Shown here: positions 20,952-32,686 of the stretch, piece by piece
Numbering within the stretch: position 1 is the first letter of the stretch
Layout of the letters: each line of letters opens with the position of its first letter
Source of the DNA: Candidatus Moraniibacteriota bacterium
Lineage (GTDB): Bacteria > Patescibacteriota > Minisyncoccia > Moranbacterales > UBA1568
Assembly: GCA_963778555.1 (NCBI GenBank)
Contig: CAVZUR010000003.1
Coordinates: forward strand, 21,067 to 85,066
Length of the DNA: 64,000 bases
Direction: 5' to 3'
The notes under the pieces: model-generated
The model's database searches: none
Seen by the model: only the letters and a program-made list of their open reading frames with translations
What the model was told of the DNA's origin: nothing
Made by a program: the position numbers and the translations under genes

Positions 20952-21497
20952 ATGACAACCCTCATCGTCGGTCTCGGCAATCCCGGACCAGAATACGAAC
21001 GCACCAGGCACAATGCCGGTTTTCTCGCGCTCGACTGGCTGCGCGATCAGTGGTCAGCGCCAGAATTTCACCCGGATTCAAAATTCTCAGCCGAGACTTC
21101 GTCACTGTTCATTGGTGGAGACAAAGTCATGCTCGTGAAGCCGCTCACCCATATGAATGAGTCGGGACGTTCCGTTCGGGCGCTCCTCGACTACTATCAG
21201 CTTCCATCCACTGCACTGATCGTCATCCATGATGATCTCGATCTCGCCTCGGGGACGCTCAGAACGACTGATTCCTCGCGTTCCGCCGGACACAATGGCG
21301 TGCAAAGTATCATCGATGCCATCGGGACACAGGATTTCCGTCGTATCCGCCTCGGCATCGGCCGACCGACAGAGACTGAAGGTGTTTGCATGCCCTCGCA
21401 TGACTACGTGCTCGGCCGTTTTTCGACGGAAGAGCGGGCGCGCCTCACAGACCTCTTCGAAGCAACCGGAAAGTCAATTCGAGAGTACCTCGGCTAA
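20952..21497 (+). CDS. pth: Peptidyl-tRNA hydrolase
   Basis: LIVGLGNPG...RHNAGF motif. Confidence 0.9.
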   Translation: MTTLIVGLGNPGPEYERTRHNAGFLALDWLRDQWSAPEFHPDSKFSAETSSLFIGGDKVMLVKPLTHMNESGRSVRALLDYYQLPSTALIVIHDDLDLASGTLRTTDSSRSAGHNGVQSIIDAIGTQDFRRIRLGIGRPTETEGVCMPSHDYVLGRFSTEERARLTDLFEATGKSIREYLG

Positions 21498-21804
21498 CCA
21501 AAGGTTGAAGGGAGCAAACGAAACCCCATGACCAGACGCCACAGGGTTTTTGAAAGGCATTGAAGACCGGGATTCCGCCGACAGCCGAAAAGACTTCGCA
21601 TGGGGCTCGCGATAGGAGGGTATCGCTCACCCACTCTCGGCGGAATTCTGGCCTCCTCACTTTCGGAAACTCTGAAATTTTTGTTGTCCCCTACCCTAGC
21701 GCCAAAGCCCCGAACTGTCAACCAGCGCCCAAGAAAAAACCGAGTGACAAGCCACCCGGTACAATACACCCTCCTTCGATCGGTTTGGAAGTTTCCAATT
21801 GCCT

Positions 21805-22164
21805 TCACCCGGCTACCTCGCATAACATCTGATACGCAGCGATAGCCGCAATGAACGCCAGCGTGATCATCACCGCCGAGAGACTCCAGGCCGCATGGAA
21901 GACCATCACCGTCAGCGGTAGAAGGATGAAAAAGATGACGCTCGGCATCAGTCCAATACGCTCCCGGAATGGTTCTTGCACCACCCACACTGCGACCAGA
22001 TAGATGATGAATCCCGTCGAAACGGCATGAGAAAAACTATTGGGCGTGGCCTCGCCTCGCGGCACTGCCAAAACGAAGAACGACAGGCCAACGCACATCG
22101 AGAGCACGACCATGAGACAGCCAATGACGAGCGCCGCCAAGAGATAAAGAACGGTCTTTCCCAT
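21805..22164 (-). CDS. Hypothetical small membrane protein (~119 aa, 4 TM)
   Basis: Start MGKTV with RBS AAAGGAGAAC. Hydrophobic throughout. Confidence 0.45.
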   Translation of the reverse strand: MGKTVLYLLAALVIGCLMVVLSMCVGLSFFVLAVPRGEATPNSFSHAVSTGFIIYLVAVWVVQEPFRERIGLMPSVIFFILLPLTVMVFHAAWSLSAVMITLAFIAAIAAYQMLCEVAG

Positions 22165-22275
22165 ACTGTTCTCCTTTCGTGAAAGTCGGGAATGCCTGAT
22201 ACTCGCATCCTCGATTGAAAATGTCAAAGGGACCGGCTCTTCCGGTCCCTTTCTACTGCTCCTTGATGGAGAGAA

Positions 22276-23007
22276 TTATTTCTTCTCCTCTTTTTTGGCC
22301 GCAGGCGCTTTCTTGATGTCCTTCTTCACGCCTTGCTTGTCGTCGCCTTCAGTCGCTGGTGCCGCACCTTCTGGCGATTCTTTCACGACGCCTTCAACTT
22401 TCGTCACATCCATTTCGACTTTCTCTTCGAGCGATGACATCTCGGCATCGGTGCGCGGCCGCATGACAGTAGCGACAATCGCTTCGAGCGTATCGAGCAT
22501 CACGACGCCAGTCGGGAGCGCGATATCAGACACCTTTACTTGGCTATCAAAATCAACAAGCTGCGCGAGGTCGATGACGAATGAGTGCGGCAAGTCCTTC
22601 GGGAGGCATTTCACTTTCACTTCATCGAGATTACGGATGAGCACGCCACCCAAGGCCTTCACCGCCGGCGCCTCACCGACAAATTCAAGCGCGACATCCG
22701 TCTCGATCTCTTCATCCATATTCACTTGGTAAAAATCGATATGCGTGAAGCGGCCCGACAAGGGATCCACCTGCACGTCATGGATGAGCGTATTGGCGCC
22801 CCGCTTCCCGTCGACGGAAAGCTCGACGAGCGTACTTTCGCCCGCCGCCTTGTAGAGCTTTATGAAATCGATCGAACGGACCGAGAGATTCATCGGGGTT
22901 GTGCCATGACCATACTGCACTGCTGGAATCAGACCGTCAGAGCGGAGCTTGGCGAGCGCTTTTCCTGATTCTTTTCGCTCAAGCACATTCAGCTTCAAGA
23001 TATCCAT
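22276..23007 (-). CDS. rplY: 50S ribosomal protein L25 / general stress protein Ctc with Lys/Glu-rich C-terminal tail
   Basis: L25/Ctc N-terminal beta-barrel (LKLNVLERKESGKALAKLRSDGLIPAVQYG). Confidence 0.85.
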   Translation of the reverse strand: MDILKLNVLERKESGKALAKLRSDGLIPAVQYGHGTTPMNLSVRSIDFIKLYKAAGESTLVELSVDGKRGANTLIHDVQVDPLSGRFTHIDFYQVNMDEEIETDVALEFVGEAPAVKALGGVLIRNLDEVKVKCLPKDLPHSFVIDLAQLVDFDSQVKVSDIALPTGVVMLDTLEAIVATVMRPRTDAEMSSLEEKVEMDVTKVEGVVKESPEGAAPATEGDDKQGVKKDIKKAPAAKKEEKK

Positions 23008-23048
23008 AACGCGTATCAATCAGTTTAAAAAATGTCTTTCCTGCCCGG

Positions 23049-23372
23049 CTAGCGGATCAGATCGTCGACGCCACCGTGATGCTCTTTCAGGAACTGGTGG
23101 ACCGTGAGCACTTCATCACTCGAAATCGCCTCGCCCTTGAACAATCGGTTAGCCTCACCTTGTTCGAGATCCGTCAGCACTCCCATAGAAACCACACCGA
23201 CCGGTGACATCGAAACGTAGACTAAGGTCGACGCACCGCAAGCATCGCAGGTGAGATGCAGAGTCGAACGCTTGTCTTCCTGGTCAAGCAAGAGCATCTT
23301 GGCGGGTCGATACTCTTTGCTGCAGACCGGGCAATGGACCAGCGCCTTCAAATTTTCGAGGTTTGGTTTCAC
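23049..23372 (-). CDS. Hypothetical zinc-ribbon protein (CxxC...CxxC)
   Basis: 107 aa with CPVC and CDAC pairs. Confidence 0.45.
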   Translation of the reverse strand: MKPNLENLKALVHCPVCSKEYRPAKMLLLDQEDKRSTLHLTCDACGASTLVYVSMSPVGVVSMGVLTDLEQGEANRLFKGEAISSDEVLTVHQFLKEHHGGVDDLIR

Positions 23373-23519
23373 GTTTGCAGTTTACCCCGTTAGGCAACTT
23401 TGAACAATCGATAGATGGAGACAGAATTACTCCTATAACCAGGTACCTGTGGGGGGCTCAAGGCTTTCAAGGCTGTCTAACGGGGTGAATCAAAAAATGC
23501 TCAGGAGCAGCAATTTTCG

Positions 23520-23573
23520 AGCAAAAATAGTCTACCAGAAGGAAGGGGTCGGGTCAACCCCGTTAGAAACACC
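23520..23573 (-). promoter_or_regulatory. Putative promoter: GTTTCTAACGGGG-TTGACC-17nt-TAGACT
   Basis: Second copy of the hairpin/GTTAGAAAC element in a -35/-10 context, minus strand, upstream of the Zn-ribbon/rplY genes. Confidence 0.35.
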
Positions 23574-23674
23574 CTTCCTTATGAGAGCTACCCTCCATCG
23601 CCGTTTCGCCTATTGGTAACTAAGGCTTTTCCCTAAGAACCTTTCTAAACGGGGTCAACCCCGGACTGGAGTGG

Positions 23675-23935
23675 TTATGGCGCCAAGACGAAACGGGTCA
23701 CGGTTTTTCCCTCCCACTCGACGATTTCGGTCCACTCACGCAAGGGCCGGGTGAAGAACGGCGCATCCGGATGCTCGTACAACGGCTCATACACCACCAT
23801 CCACTCCTGGTCATTGGAATGCAGCGCCAGGCACTGAACGCGATAACTGTCACCCTTGTAGTGACGATATGTCTCGCCATCTTTCGGCGCATCGGCTGGC
23901 AATGGCACGATATGACCTTTCATAAAAGTAAACAA
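23675..23935 (-). CDS. DUF1653-like small protein
   Basis: ~80 aa with the YRHYKG...Y...ALHSxxxE...VVY pattern that I recognise as DUF1653. Not verified by search. Confidence 0.45.
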   Translation of the reverse strand: MFTFMKGHIVPLPADAPKDGETYRHYKGDSYRVQCLALHSNDQEWMVVYEPLYEHPDAPFFTRPLREWTEIVEWEGKTVTRFVLAP

Positions 23936-23943
23936 TGGATAGA

Positions 23944-25110
23944 TTATTCCCGCCCCTTGATAACCGGAAACTCGATGCCAACCGTTTCATTATTTATGCC
24001 CATCATCGGCTTGTCAGTAGCGAGATCAAACCTTCCATCACCATTATCTTCATACATGATCGCAAAAAGAGTTTCGCCTTTTACGTTTCGAGAAAGCGGA
24101 ATATCGAAATAGTCTTTCTGCCTCTGCTGGTCCTTAAAGGTTTCCGCAAGCTCTGGGGTGTAAGTACCATTTTTCTTGGCCGATGCGATCATAAAAGGTT
24201 CTTCGAGGAGCGAATACGTCCCTAAAACTTTGCCGACACAGCCATCATTAGATTCGTGGATTGCCACCCACGCTGGCACATACGATCGGGCTACATATAC
24301 ATTCACGAGGTTGCCTGGAACCTGGTCGAAAAGCCCCAGGCCTTCCCATTTCGTTTTACCACTAAGATAAACAGATTGGTACTGATTGGCACTTACATCA
24401 GATTTGAAGCGCACCTTGATGAGGGCGGGGTCGGCAAAAGAGTAGCTATCGGTTCTACTTTTTCGCCTATAGGTTCTCACCTTGTCCTTAGAGCGGTCAA
24501 ACAGTCCATCCCCATCATCTTCATACAAGCTCGCATACACTTCGAATCTATCCATGTATCGACTCAAAGGGATGGCGAAGTCATCGTGAGTGCCTGCTGA
24601 CAAGGGATAAACCGCACTATCTTTTTTATCATCTACAGAACCAATGAGCGGGGGTCCGACCGTGACAAATCCGGCTTTCTGTAACTCCACATGCTTTACC
24701 CGTAAATTTCTTCCTGGCTCCTGTTCCGTAGAAATCTGGAAAAAGGCTGACTGATCCTCATCTATTTTCTGAAGTGATTGCTGCACCGCCATGGTAGAAG
24801 CAATTTCCCCGAAAAGGCCGCTTTTAGATTTAGTAATCTCTTCCTCCGACGCTCCCTCTTTTTTTGCTTGTTGGAATGCAGCCTCAAGTTCCTTCTGATA
24901 CTCCTCCATCATCTTCGCCGGTGTCATTACAAATGTTTTTGGCTTGAAACACTCTGACGAAGCCAATGGCTCGATTGGATTGGAAGTTTGAGAGACAACA
25001 CTCTGTTCCTGAGCGGATTTTGAAGGTTGTTTTAAAATATAAAAAGCAGCAACTCCCGTGAATAGAAGGCTTGCCGCTCCAACGACAACGATTGTTTTTA
25101 CCCAGGACAC
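23944..25110 (-). CDS. Secreted/membrane-anchored hypothetical protein with two repeats carrying Ca-binding-like DGDGxFD motifs. Lower-GC (~45%) islet.
   Basis: N-terminal signal anchor. Internal repeats IPLSRY...YEDDGDGLFDRSKDK and IPLSRN...YEDNGDGRFDLATDK. GC clearly below the flanks. Confidence 0.55.
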   Translation of the reverse strand: MSWVKTIVVVGAASLLFTGVAAFYILKQPSKSAQEQSVVSQTSNPIEPLASSECFKPKTFVMTPAKMMEEYQKELEAAFQQAKKEGASEEEITKSKSGLFGEIASTMAVQQSLQKIDEDQSAFFQISTEQEPGRNLRVKHVELQKAGFVTVGPPLIGSVDDKKDSAVYPLSAGTHDDFAIPLSRYMDRFEVYASLYEDDGDGLFDRSKDKVRTYRRKSRTDSYSFADPALIKVRFKSDVSANQYQSVYLSGKTKWEGLGLFDQVPGNLVNVYVARSYVPAWVAIHESNDGCVGKVLGTYSLLEEPFMIASAKKNGTYTPELAETFKDQQRQKDYFDIPLSRNVKGETLFAIMYEDNGDGRFDLATDKPMMGINNETVGIEFPVIKGRE

Positions 25111-25146
25111 ATTTTTATTTTCTCTACTCTAACACGCCGCGCTCGG

Positions 25147-27232
<2,086 letters not shown>

Positions 27233-27247
27233 AGGGAGATGAATTGA

Positions 27248-27652
27248 CTAGGAAGGACTCATTCGTCGGAACGTGAATTCCACTAGGAGCGCGAGAGCGA
27301 GTGCGAGGAGGGGCAGCCACCAGGTGAGGTAGCCCAGGAATTGAGCGAGAGCGACACCGGTGAGGAAGAGTCCGATGAGCGTGCCTTGTCGGAGCGCGCC
27401 CAGCTGGTACGCCTGTGCCATCTCGGTGTTCAGAAACTTTTCCGCCAGCGCGAGGAGGATGAGGACCACTAGCGCGAAGATGAGAAAAAACAGCGACGAG
27501 AAAAAGAGCGTTTGGCCCCAGACTGTCAGTGTGCTTGGATCCACCCCAAAAATGAAAACGCCGAGGACCCCGAGGGCCGCGAGCGCAGTGAGGCGGAGGA
27601 TGATGACCGAGGTATGGAGACGCATGAGAAAGGTACAGATAATCGCATTCAC
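27248..27652 (-). CDS. Hypothetical membrane protein (134 aa, 4 TM)
   Basis: ORF only; hydrophobic profile. Confidence 0.45.
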   Translation of the reverse strand: MNAIICTFLMRLHTSVIILRLTALAALGVLGVFIFGVDPSTLTVWGQTLFFSSLFFLIFALVVLILLALAEKFLNTEMAQAYQLGALRQGTLIGLFLTGVALAQFLGYLTWWLPLLALALALLVEFTFRRMSPS

Positions 27653-27760
27653 GCTACCCCCAGTATAGGACTTTTCGAACAGCTTGGCAAGACTCTTTAT
27701 CGCTTATCTAAAGGAAAATCTACCATCACAGCCACGAACGATGGCTGCTTTTAAAGGCGA

Positions 27761-28330
27761 CTATTTCTCATCGTTAGCACGTGCGACATATGACCCTTTT
27801 TCGGTGTTTACGATGACCCGATCGCCGGTCTTGATGAAGAGCGGTGTCGTCAGCGCCATGCCCGTCTCGAGCGTCACAACTTTGTCTCCGCCTGATGCTG
27901 TATCGCCCTTGATACCCGGGGGCGCATCTGCCACAGCAAACGTCATCTTGATCGGAAGTTCGATATTGAGCGGCTGGCCATTCCAATTGAGCATCGTCAC
28001 CTCGGTCCCATCGATGAGATAATCCGCGAGCGGCCCGAGGGTGTCCTTGTCCAGCGTGAACTGATCATAATCCTCCAGGTTCATAAAGAAATACTCCCGT
28101 CCTTCATGATAGAGGTACTGCGCTTTCGATTTGGCCACCTCCGCCTCATCCACCTTGTCTTTGTCCTGGAACGTATAATCGATAATCGCGCCTGACAGGA
28201 GATTCTTCAGTTTGGTCCGCATAACCGCCCCGCCGCGGCCGAGAAAGCTGTGCTGATACTCGACAACGACATACGGCTCCTCGTTCCAGAGGATGCGCTT
28301 GCCGGTCTTGATGTCTGTCAGATTGAGCAT
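27761..28330 (-). CDS. efp: Elongation factor P
   Basis: 189 aa, three-domain EF-P with the conserved KPGKG-equivalent loop region. Confidence 0.9.
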   Translation of the reverse strand: MLNLTDIKTGKRILWNEEPYVVVEYQHSFLGRGGAVMRTKLKNLLSGAIIDYTFQDKDKVDEAEVAKSKAQYLYHEGREYFFMNLEDYDQFTLDKDTLGPLADYLIDGTEVTMLNWNGQPLNIELPIKMTFAVADAPPGIKGDTASGGDKVVTLETGMALTTPLFIKTGDRVIVNTEKGSYVARANDEK

Positions 28331-28366
28331 GATGGTCCCTGGGCGTTCGGTTCCAAACCGATCCGT

Positions 28367-28567
28367 TTACTTCACGACGTACGGGATGAGCGCCATAAAG
28401 CGGGCGCGTTTGATCGCCAACGAGAGGTTGCGCTGCTCCGTCGAAGTGAGTCCGAAACGCTTTGGTGGATAGATCTTCCCCTGAGAGTTAAGGAAACGGC
28501 GCAGAAAGTACGCGTCCTTGTAATCGAGGCGGCCGAGTTTCTTTCGAGAGTCTTGGTCGAGTGTCAT
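28367..28567 (-). CDS. rpsR: 30S ribosomal protein S18
   Basis: 66 aa, YKDAYFLRRFLNSQGKI... Confidence 0.9.
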   Translation of the reverse strand: MTLDQDSRKKLGRLDYKDAYFLRRFLNSQGKIYPPKRFGLTSTEQRNLSLAIKRARFMALIPYVVK

Positions 28568-28602
28568 AGAATGTCTACTGTTGAATGGATTGGTGCTCCG
28601 AG

Positions 28603-29076
28603 TTAGAACGGTACGTCTTCGATCTTGATCTCCTTTTCATCATCGAGATTGATGGTCGGAATCTCTTCGTCACGCGGCGGCTCGGTATTCTTGGTGGCTG
28701 CCGGAGTGCTCGATTGAGGCCGCGAAGTATTGCCACCAGAACTCCCAGAAGCCCGCGAACCGAGCTGCATGTTTTCACCTACGACTTCCGTCACGCGACG
28801 CTGACCACCATCCTTTGCTGTGTATTCGCGTGTCTGGAGTCGACCCTCCACGAAAAGCTCTTGGCCCTTTGTGAGGTATTGGCCAGCCACTTCAGCCTGC
28901 CGGCCCCACAGAATAACGGTATGAAATTCCGTCTTCTCCTGCTTCTGGCCGGCCTTGTCGGTCCAGAAATTATTGGTCGCCATGCCGATGGTCGCGACGC
29001 TCTGGCCAGTCGGTGTCGTGCGGATTTCGGGATCACGCGTCAGTCGGCCGACGAGGATGACCTTGTTCACGTTCAT
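28603..29076 (-). CDS. ssb: Single-stranded DNA-binding protein
   Basis: OB-fold N-terminus (VILVGRLTRDPEIR), Gly/Ser-rich linker, acidic C-terminal tip (IEDVPF). Confidence 0.9.
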   Translation of the reverse strand: MNVNKVILVGRLTRDPEIRTTPTGQSVATIGMATNNFWTDKAGQKQEKTEFHTVILWGRQAEVAGQYLTKGQELFVEGRLQTREYTAKDGGQRRVTEVVGENMQLGSRASGSSGGNTSRPQSSTPAATKNTEPPRDEEIPTINLDDEKEIKIEDVPF

Positions 29077-29130
29077 ACGCTTTGCTGTCTTACGAATTAC
29101 ATCTCGCGAAAGCGAGCGCTAACACACGTA

Positions 29131-29676
29131 TTAGATGTCGAGCTTCTCCTTCAGCTTCAGGTCGATTTCTTCCTGACTCACTTCTTTGGTTGGTTCAGCA
29201 GCTGGGGTAGCTGACGATGGAACAGCCCTGGGTTCACTCATGGAGCTGCTCACGGCCGGCCGTTCGCGGCGGAAGCCTCCTCCTCCGCGTGCGCGCGGAT
29301 CTTTCTTCGTGTATTCGGTTCGCTCGATCGGCTTCAGCTCTGGCAGATCATCGGCTCGGAGAATGATCACTCGAAGGACGGTTTTCGACAGCGAAAATTT
29401 CCGGCTGATCCGATTGATGGTATCGCCTTTGGCCATTTCAACTTCGAATTCGGCGCTCGACAATTCGCTCTTGTCAGGAAGCGTGAATCGGCGCGCGATA
29501 TAGATGCCCCGCGTCTCCCCCTCAACTTCATAGGCCAGCTTACGCTTGTCCTGGGTCTCAGGTGCGAGGAATTCCGCACCCTCCCCGCGGCAGAGGCTTT
29601 CGACTTCGGTCCGGATTGCGTCGAGCTCAGGCTCTTTGCTTTCGCCGACCAGATAGAACAGTTCGTACTCACGCAT
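29131..29676 (-). CDS. rpsF: 30S ribosomal protein S6 with ~80-aa C-terminal extension
   Basis: S6 core MREYELFYLV...; classic rpsF-ssb-rpsR gene order. Confidence 0.85.
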   Translation of the reverse strand: MREYELFYLVGESKEPELDAIRTEVESLCRGEGAEFLAPETQDKRKLAYEVEGETRGIYIARRFTLPDKSELSSAEFEVEMAKGDTINRISRKFSLSKTVLRVIILRADDLPELKPIERTEYTKKDPRARGGGGFRRERPAVSSSMSEPRAVPSSATPAAEPTKEVSQEEIDLKLKEKLDI

Positions 29677-29948
29677 ACAGCGATTGGTGGTTAGACGGTT
29701 AGCGGTAAAATAAATCCACGAACAGCAAGAGAGTCCGTGGGAACAGGCGGCTCCTATCTCTGCTTCGGCATATTCAGAGCGGGAAACCTATGGACTTTCT
29801 TCAGTTGTGTAGAGAGCGTAGCAGGAATCCCGACCGCTGGCAAGAGCGACCCTGCGAGAGGCCTCGAATGAAAAGGGGCCTCACGGAGATGATATGGCAT
29901 CACTTCCCCTGACGATGCCTCGCTCCATCCGGAAGCTCAATCATGATT

Positions 29949-31216
29949 TCAGCAGACCGGGGCGATAGGACAGTTCGCAGCATCTAGGATGCAGGAGAAT
30001 GTTCCGCCGAGTGGATCGCGCGTGAATACCCCTGTACAGGCACCCACCGACCACGAGCCGCCATTTGTTAGTGTTTTTGTTCCGGCCGGACAAGCGAAGG
30101 TGCTCACTGGAGATGAGGCGTTCAATCGGTACTGGATCGACCCCGCACAGCCCAAGTCGCACGGTCCAGCTGGTGCCAGAGGCGGGCAGACTGGCGGTGC
30201 TATATTGTTCGCTGGTGGTGTTATTGGGGTCGCGATACCTGATGTTCCACTGTAGGGGTTACCCGGGACCGTCGAGGTTGAGGTGAGGAAATAGTTATGC
30301 AGCGATCCGGCCGCAAGACCGGTGTGTGAGAATGCCGACGAAGTGCCGGTATAAATCACTGTCGCTCCGTCTCTCAAAGTATAAGTCTGACTAGCGATAC
30401 CGTCCCAATAGACAGCGATCGTACCAGTCCCGCAGGCTCCGGGGATAGCATTCAGATTTGCTGGAATCGGCGGAGGAGGAACAAAACAGGCAGCCGGGGC
30501 AAGAGTGACCAACGGTGCGGTCGCAACCGTCGGCGAGTCACCAGCATACGGAGGTCCAGTAGCAGTTGAGTACAGAGTGTAGTTATGAGTCGATCCTGTG
30601 AGAAGGCCCGTGTGTGTATACGATATCCCAGGACCAACCTGGTTGATGATATTACTAATGCCATTTACAGTATCTATCAGGGTGTAGTTTTGGCTAGGCG
30701 GCACCAGGCCATTCCAAGAGATAGAAATCTCGCCAGTCCCGCAGGTAGATGGCGTCGCGGTCAAACCCGTCGGAGCCGGTGGATTAGCCACTCCCGAGAC
30801 GGAGAGCGATAGCGACCGTGCTGAGGGTCCGCGATAATCACGAATCGGAGGAGTCGGAAGACCGTCAGTACTGCCAAGAGTCGATGTAATTATAAGCGTA
30901 AACGGCTGTCCGGGCGTATTCGGAGCCAACAGAGTCGGGTCGGAGAGAGTGAGGCGGAAGCCCACCATGGACAGAGCTGGCTCGGATAACTATCCGAAAC
31001 CAAGTCGCCGGTCAAGGGACTGTTTACCCCGAGATAATTCCTGGTCTGCATCCGTACATCAGGAGCCAACGGTTCATCTTGGGGATTCGTACTTGAGAGT
31101 TTGAGATCCACCGTAATCGGTGCGTTAGGTGCAAAAACAGTATTAGGAATGGAATAGAAAAAATTGATATTCGAATTCAGGACTGTCTGCGACTCCCGTG
31201 CAGATGGCGCCATCAC
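29949..31216 (-). CDS. Large secreted Thr/Pro-rich protein with fibronectin-III-like repeats, split over three frames (apparent frameshifts near 30965 and 31200-31290)
   Basis: Repeats ACGTGEISISWNGL...YTL and ACGTGTIAVYWDG...YTL. Upstream ORFs in other frames continue the same secreted low-complexity protein. The 5' boundary is uncertain. Confidence 0.45.
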
Positions 31217-32570
31217 AATAGAGAACAAAATCAATCGAATCAACCACACCTGCCGCCCGAGCAGCCTCACTCCCGCTGCCGAACAAAGTCGCTGCGACCA
31301 AAAGAAAGAGTATGGGGAAGAAGTGTGTCCGGCGGGAACGCCAGAAGAAATACCCCGCGATGGAAAGGCCAAGGAACATCGTGAGTACGAGTCCAATAAC
31401 TTTTCCTGTAGAGAACATGCTCCGGGCGATGACTTCCGGCTTCGGAGTGTGCGATTCCAGGACCCGCGTAGCGCGGTCGAGTTCCACCCCCTCAGCTGAG
31501 AGTGTGGCCGTGATGAGCGGCTGCGAGCAATCACTTGTTTGGATGAATTCACCAGTGAACTGACGAGCGGATGCGCTCACGGGCAAGGTCAACGCTGTCG
31601 CACAAGCCCGGCCTTCGGAAGTGAGCGTGAGGGAGAGAGAATAATTTCCCGCAGCATAGGTATCCACGAGAGCCGAGACGGGAACAATAGTCTTACCTCC
31701 CCTGATCTCTGGCTTGGTTTCGGCAATACCCGAAATCTGTCCGCCCCGGCCCTGGACCGTGACGAGCGTCGTCGCTGGCAAGCCAAGCGGGGAACCGCGT
31801 TCATCCACCGCCGTGACAGTGAGACGGTATAGCCCTGTCGGTAACGCCTCAGTGAGAAGGAGATTCACTTCCTTCCCGGTAGAATTCAGGGTGATTTCTG
31901 TTGTTGCTATCTCTTTGGCTATCCCGTATTGGGAGGGTATAAGCGCAGCACGGAGAGTAGCTGATTGCGTGCCTTGGCCGCTCCAACTCCCCTGGCAGAC
32001 GATATTCGCTTCCGCCGTGGCAGCTTGCTCGATGTCAATCGTTTGATCGAAGGGCCGATCCGCAAGGGTGCACCGTTCCAGCATCGCTCGCTCCTTGGCC
32101 GTCAGAGTCATCTCCGCTACTGATTGCATCCCAGCCAGCTTCCCCTTCATAGTATTGGCACCCATGCGCACGGAGTAGGTCCCGGACAAGAAACTCGGAA
32201 TCGGAACGCTGAATTGCACCGGCCGCGCTTCATCGCCGGCAAGCGTGTACGCTGCTGAAAGATGAGCCGTATACAAACGGTCTTTGGCCAGACTCTTTTG
32301 ATCAATGAAGTCGACGCCGAGAGAGAATGTTTCTTCGACAGGGGAAGTATTTTTGAGCGTGACAGCGACAAACAAATCCTTGCCGTCGGGCTGGAACGTC
32401 GTTAGTCCCGAAAATTCAAGTGCTGCGGCTGGAGCATAATTCGGAATCGCCGGCGGCGAATCGCCTGCCGCCTGAACAGACGAAGACAATGCAACCAAAA
32501 CGCCGGTGATGAGAGCGAGGAATGCGCCGATAGGTAGGAAGAACCGGGGCATAGATGAGAGTCGAAGCAA
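31143..32570 (-). CDS. Surface protein: signal peptide, ~400-aa extracellular domain, then hydrophobic TM followed by RSRR
   Basis: 475-aa ORF. N-terminal MLRLSSMPRFFLPIGAFLALITGVLVA signal. TM at VIGLVLTMFLGLSIAGYFFW followed by RSRR. The true 3' end may lie earlier than the ORF stop. Confidence 0.5.
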   Translation of the reverse strand: MLRLSSMPRFFLPIGAFLALITGVLVALSSSVQAAGDSPPAIPNYAPAAALEFSGLTTFQPDGKDLFVAVTLKNTSPVEETFSLGVDFIDQKSLAKDRLYTAHLSAAYTLAGDEARPVQFSVPIPSFLSGTYSVRMGANTMKGKLAGMQSVAEMTLTAKERAMLERCTLADRPFDQTIDIEQAATAEANIVCQGSWSGQGTQSATLRAALIPSQYGIAKEIATTEITLNSTGKEVNLLLTEALPTGLYRLTVTAVDERGSPLGLPATTLVTVQGRGGQISGIAETKPEIRGGKTIVPVSALVDTYAAGNYSLSLTLTSEGRACATALTLPVSASARQFTGEFIQTSDCSQPLITATLSAEGVELDRATRVLESHTPKPEVIARSMFSTGKVIGLVLTMFLGLSIAGYFFWRSRRTHFFPILFLLVAATLFGSGSEAARAAGVVDSIDFVLYCDGAICTGVADSPEFEYQFFLFHS

Positions 32571-32686
32571 AGCGGTTTATTTTTATCGCAACGAGAGGAG
32601 AAACGATATCGCTACGCCTCCTTTTTTCATATTGTACACTGGAAACCAAAAAAATAGTAGCTGGGCTTCTCTCGGTCCGCTCAATG

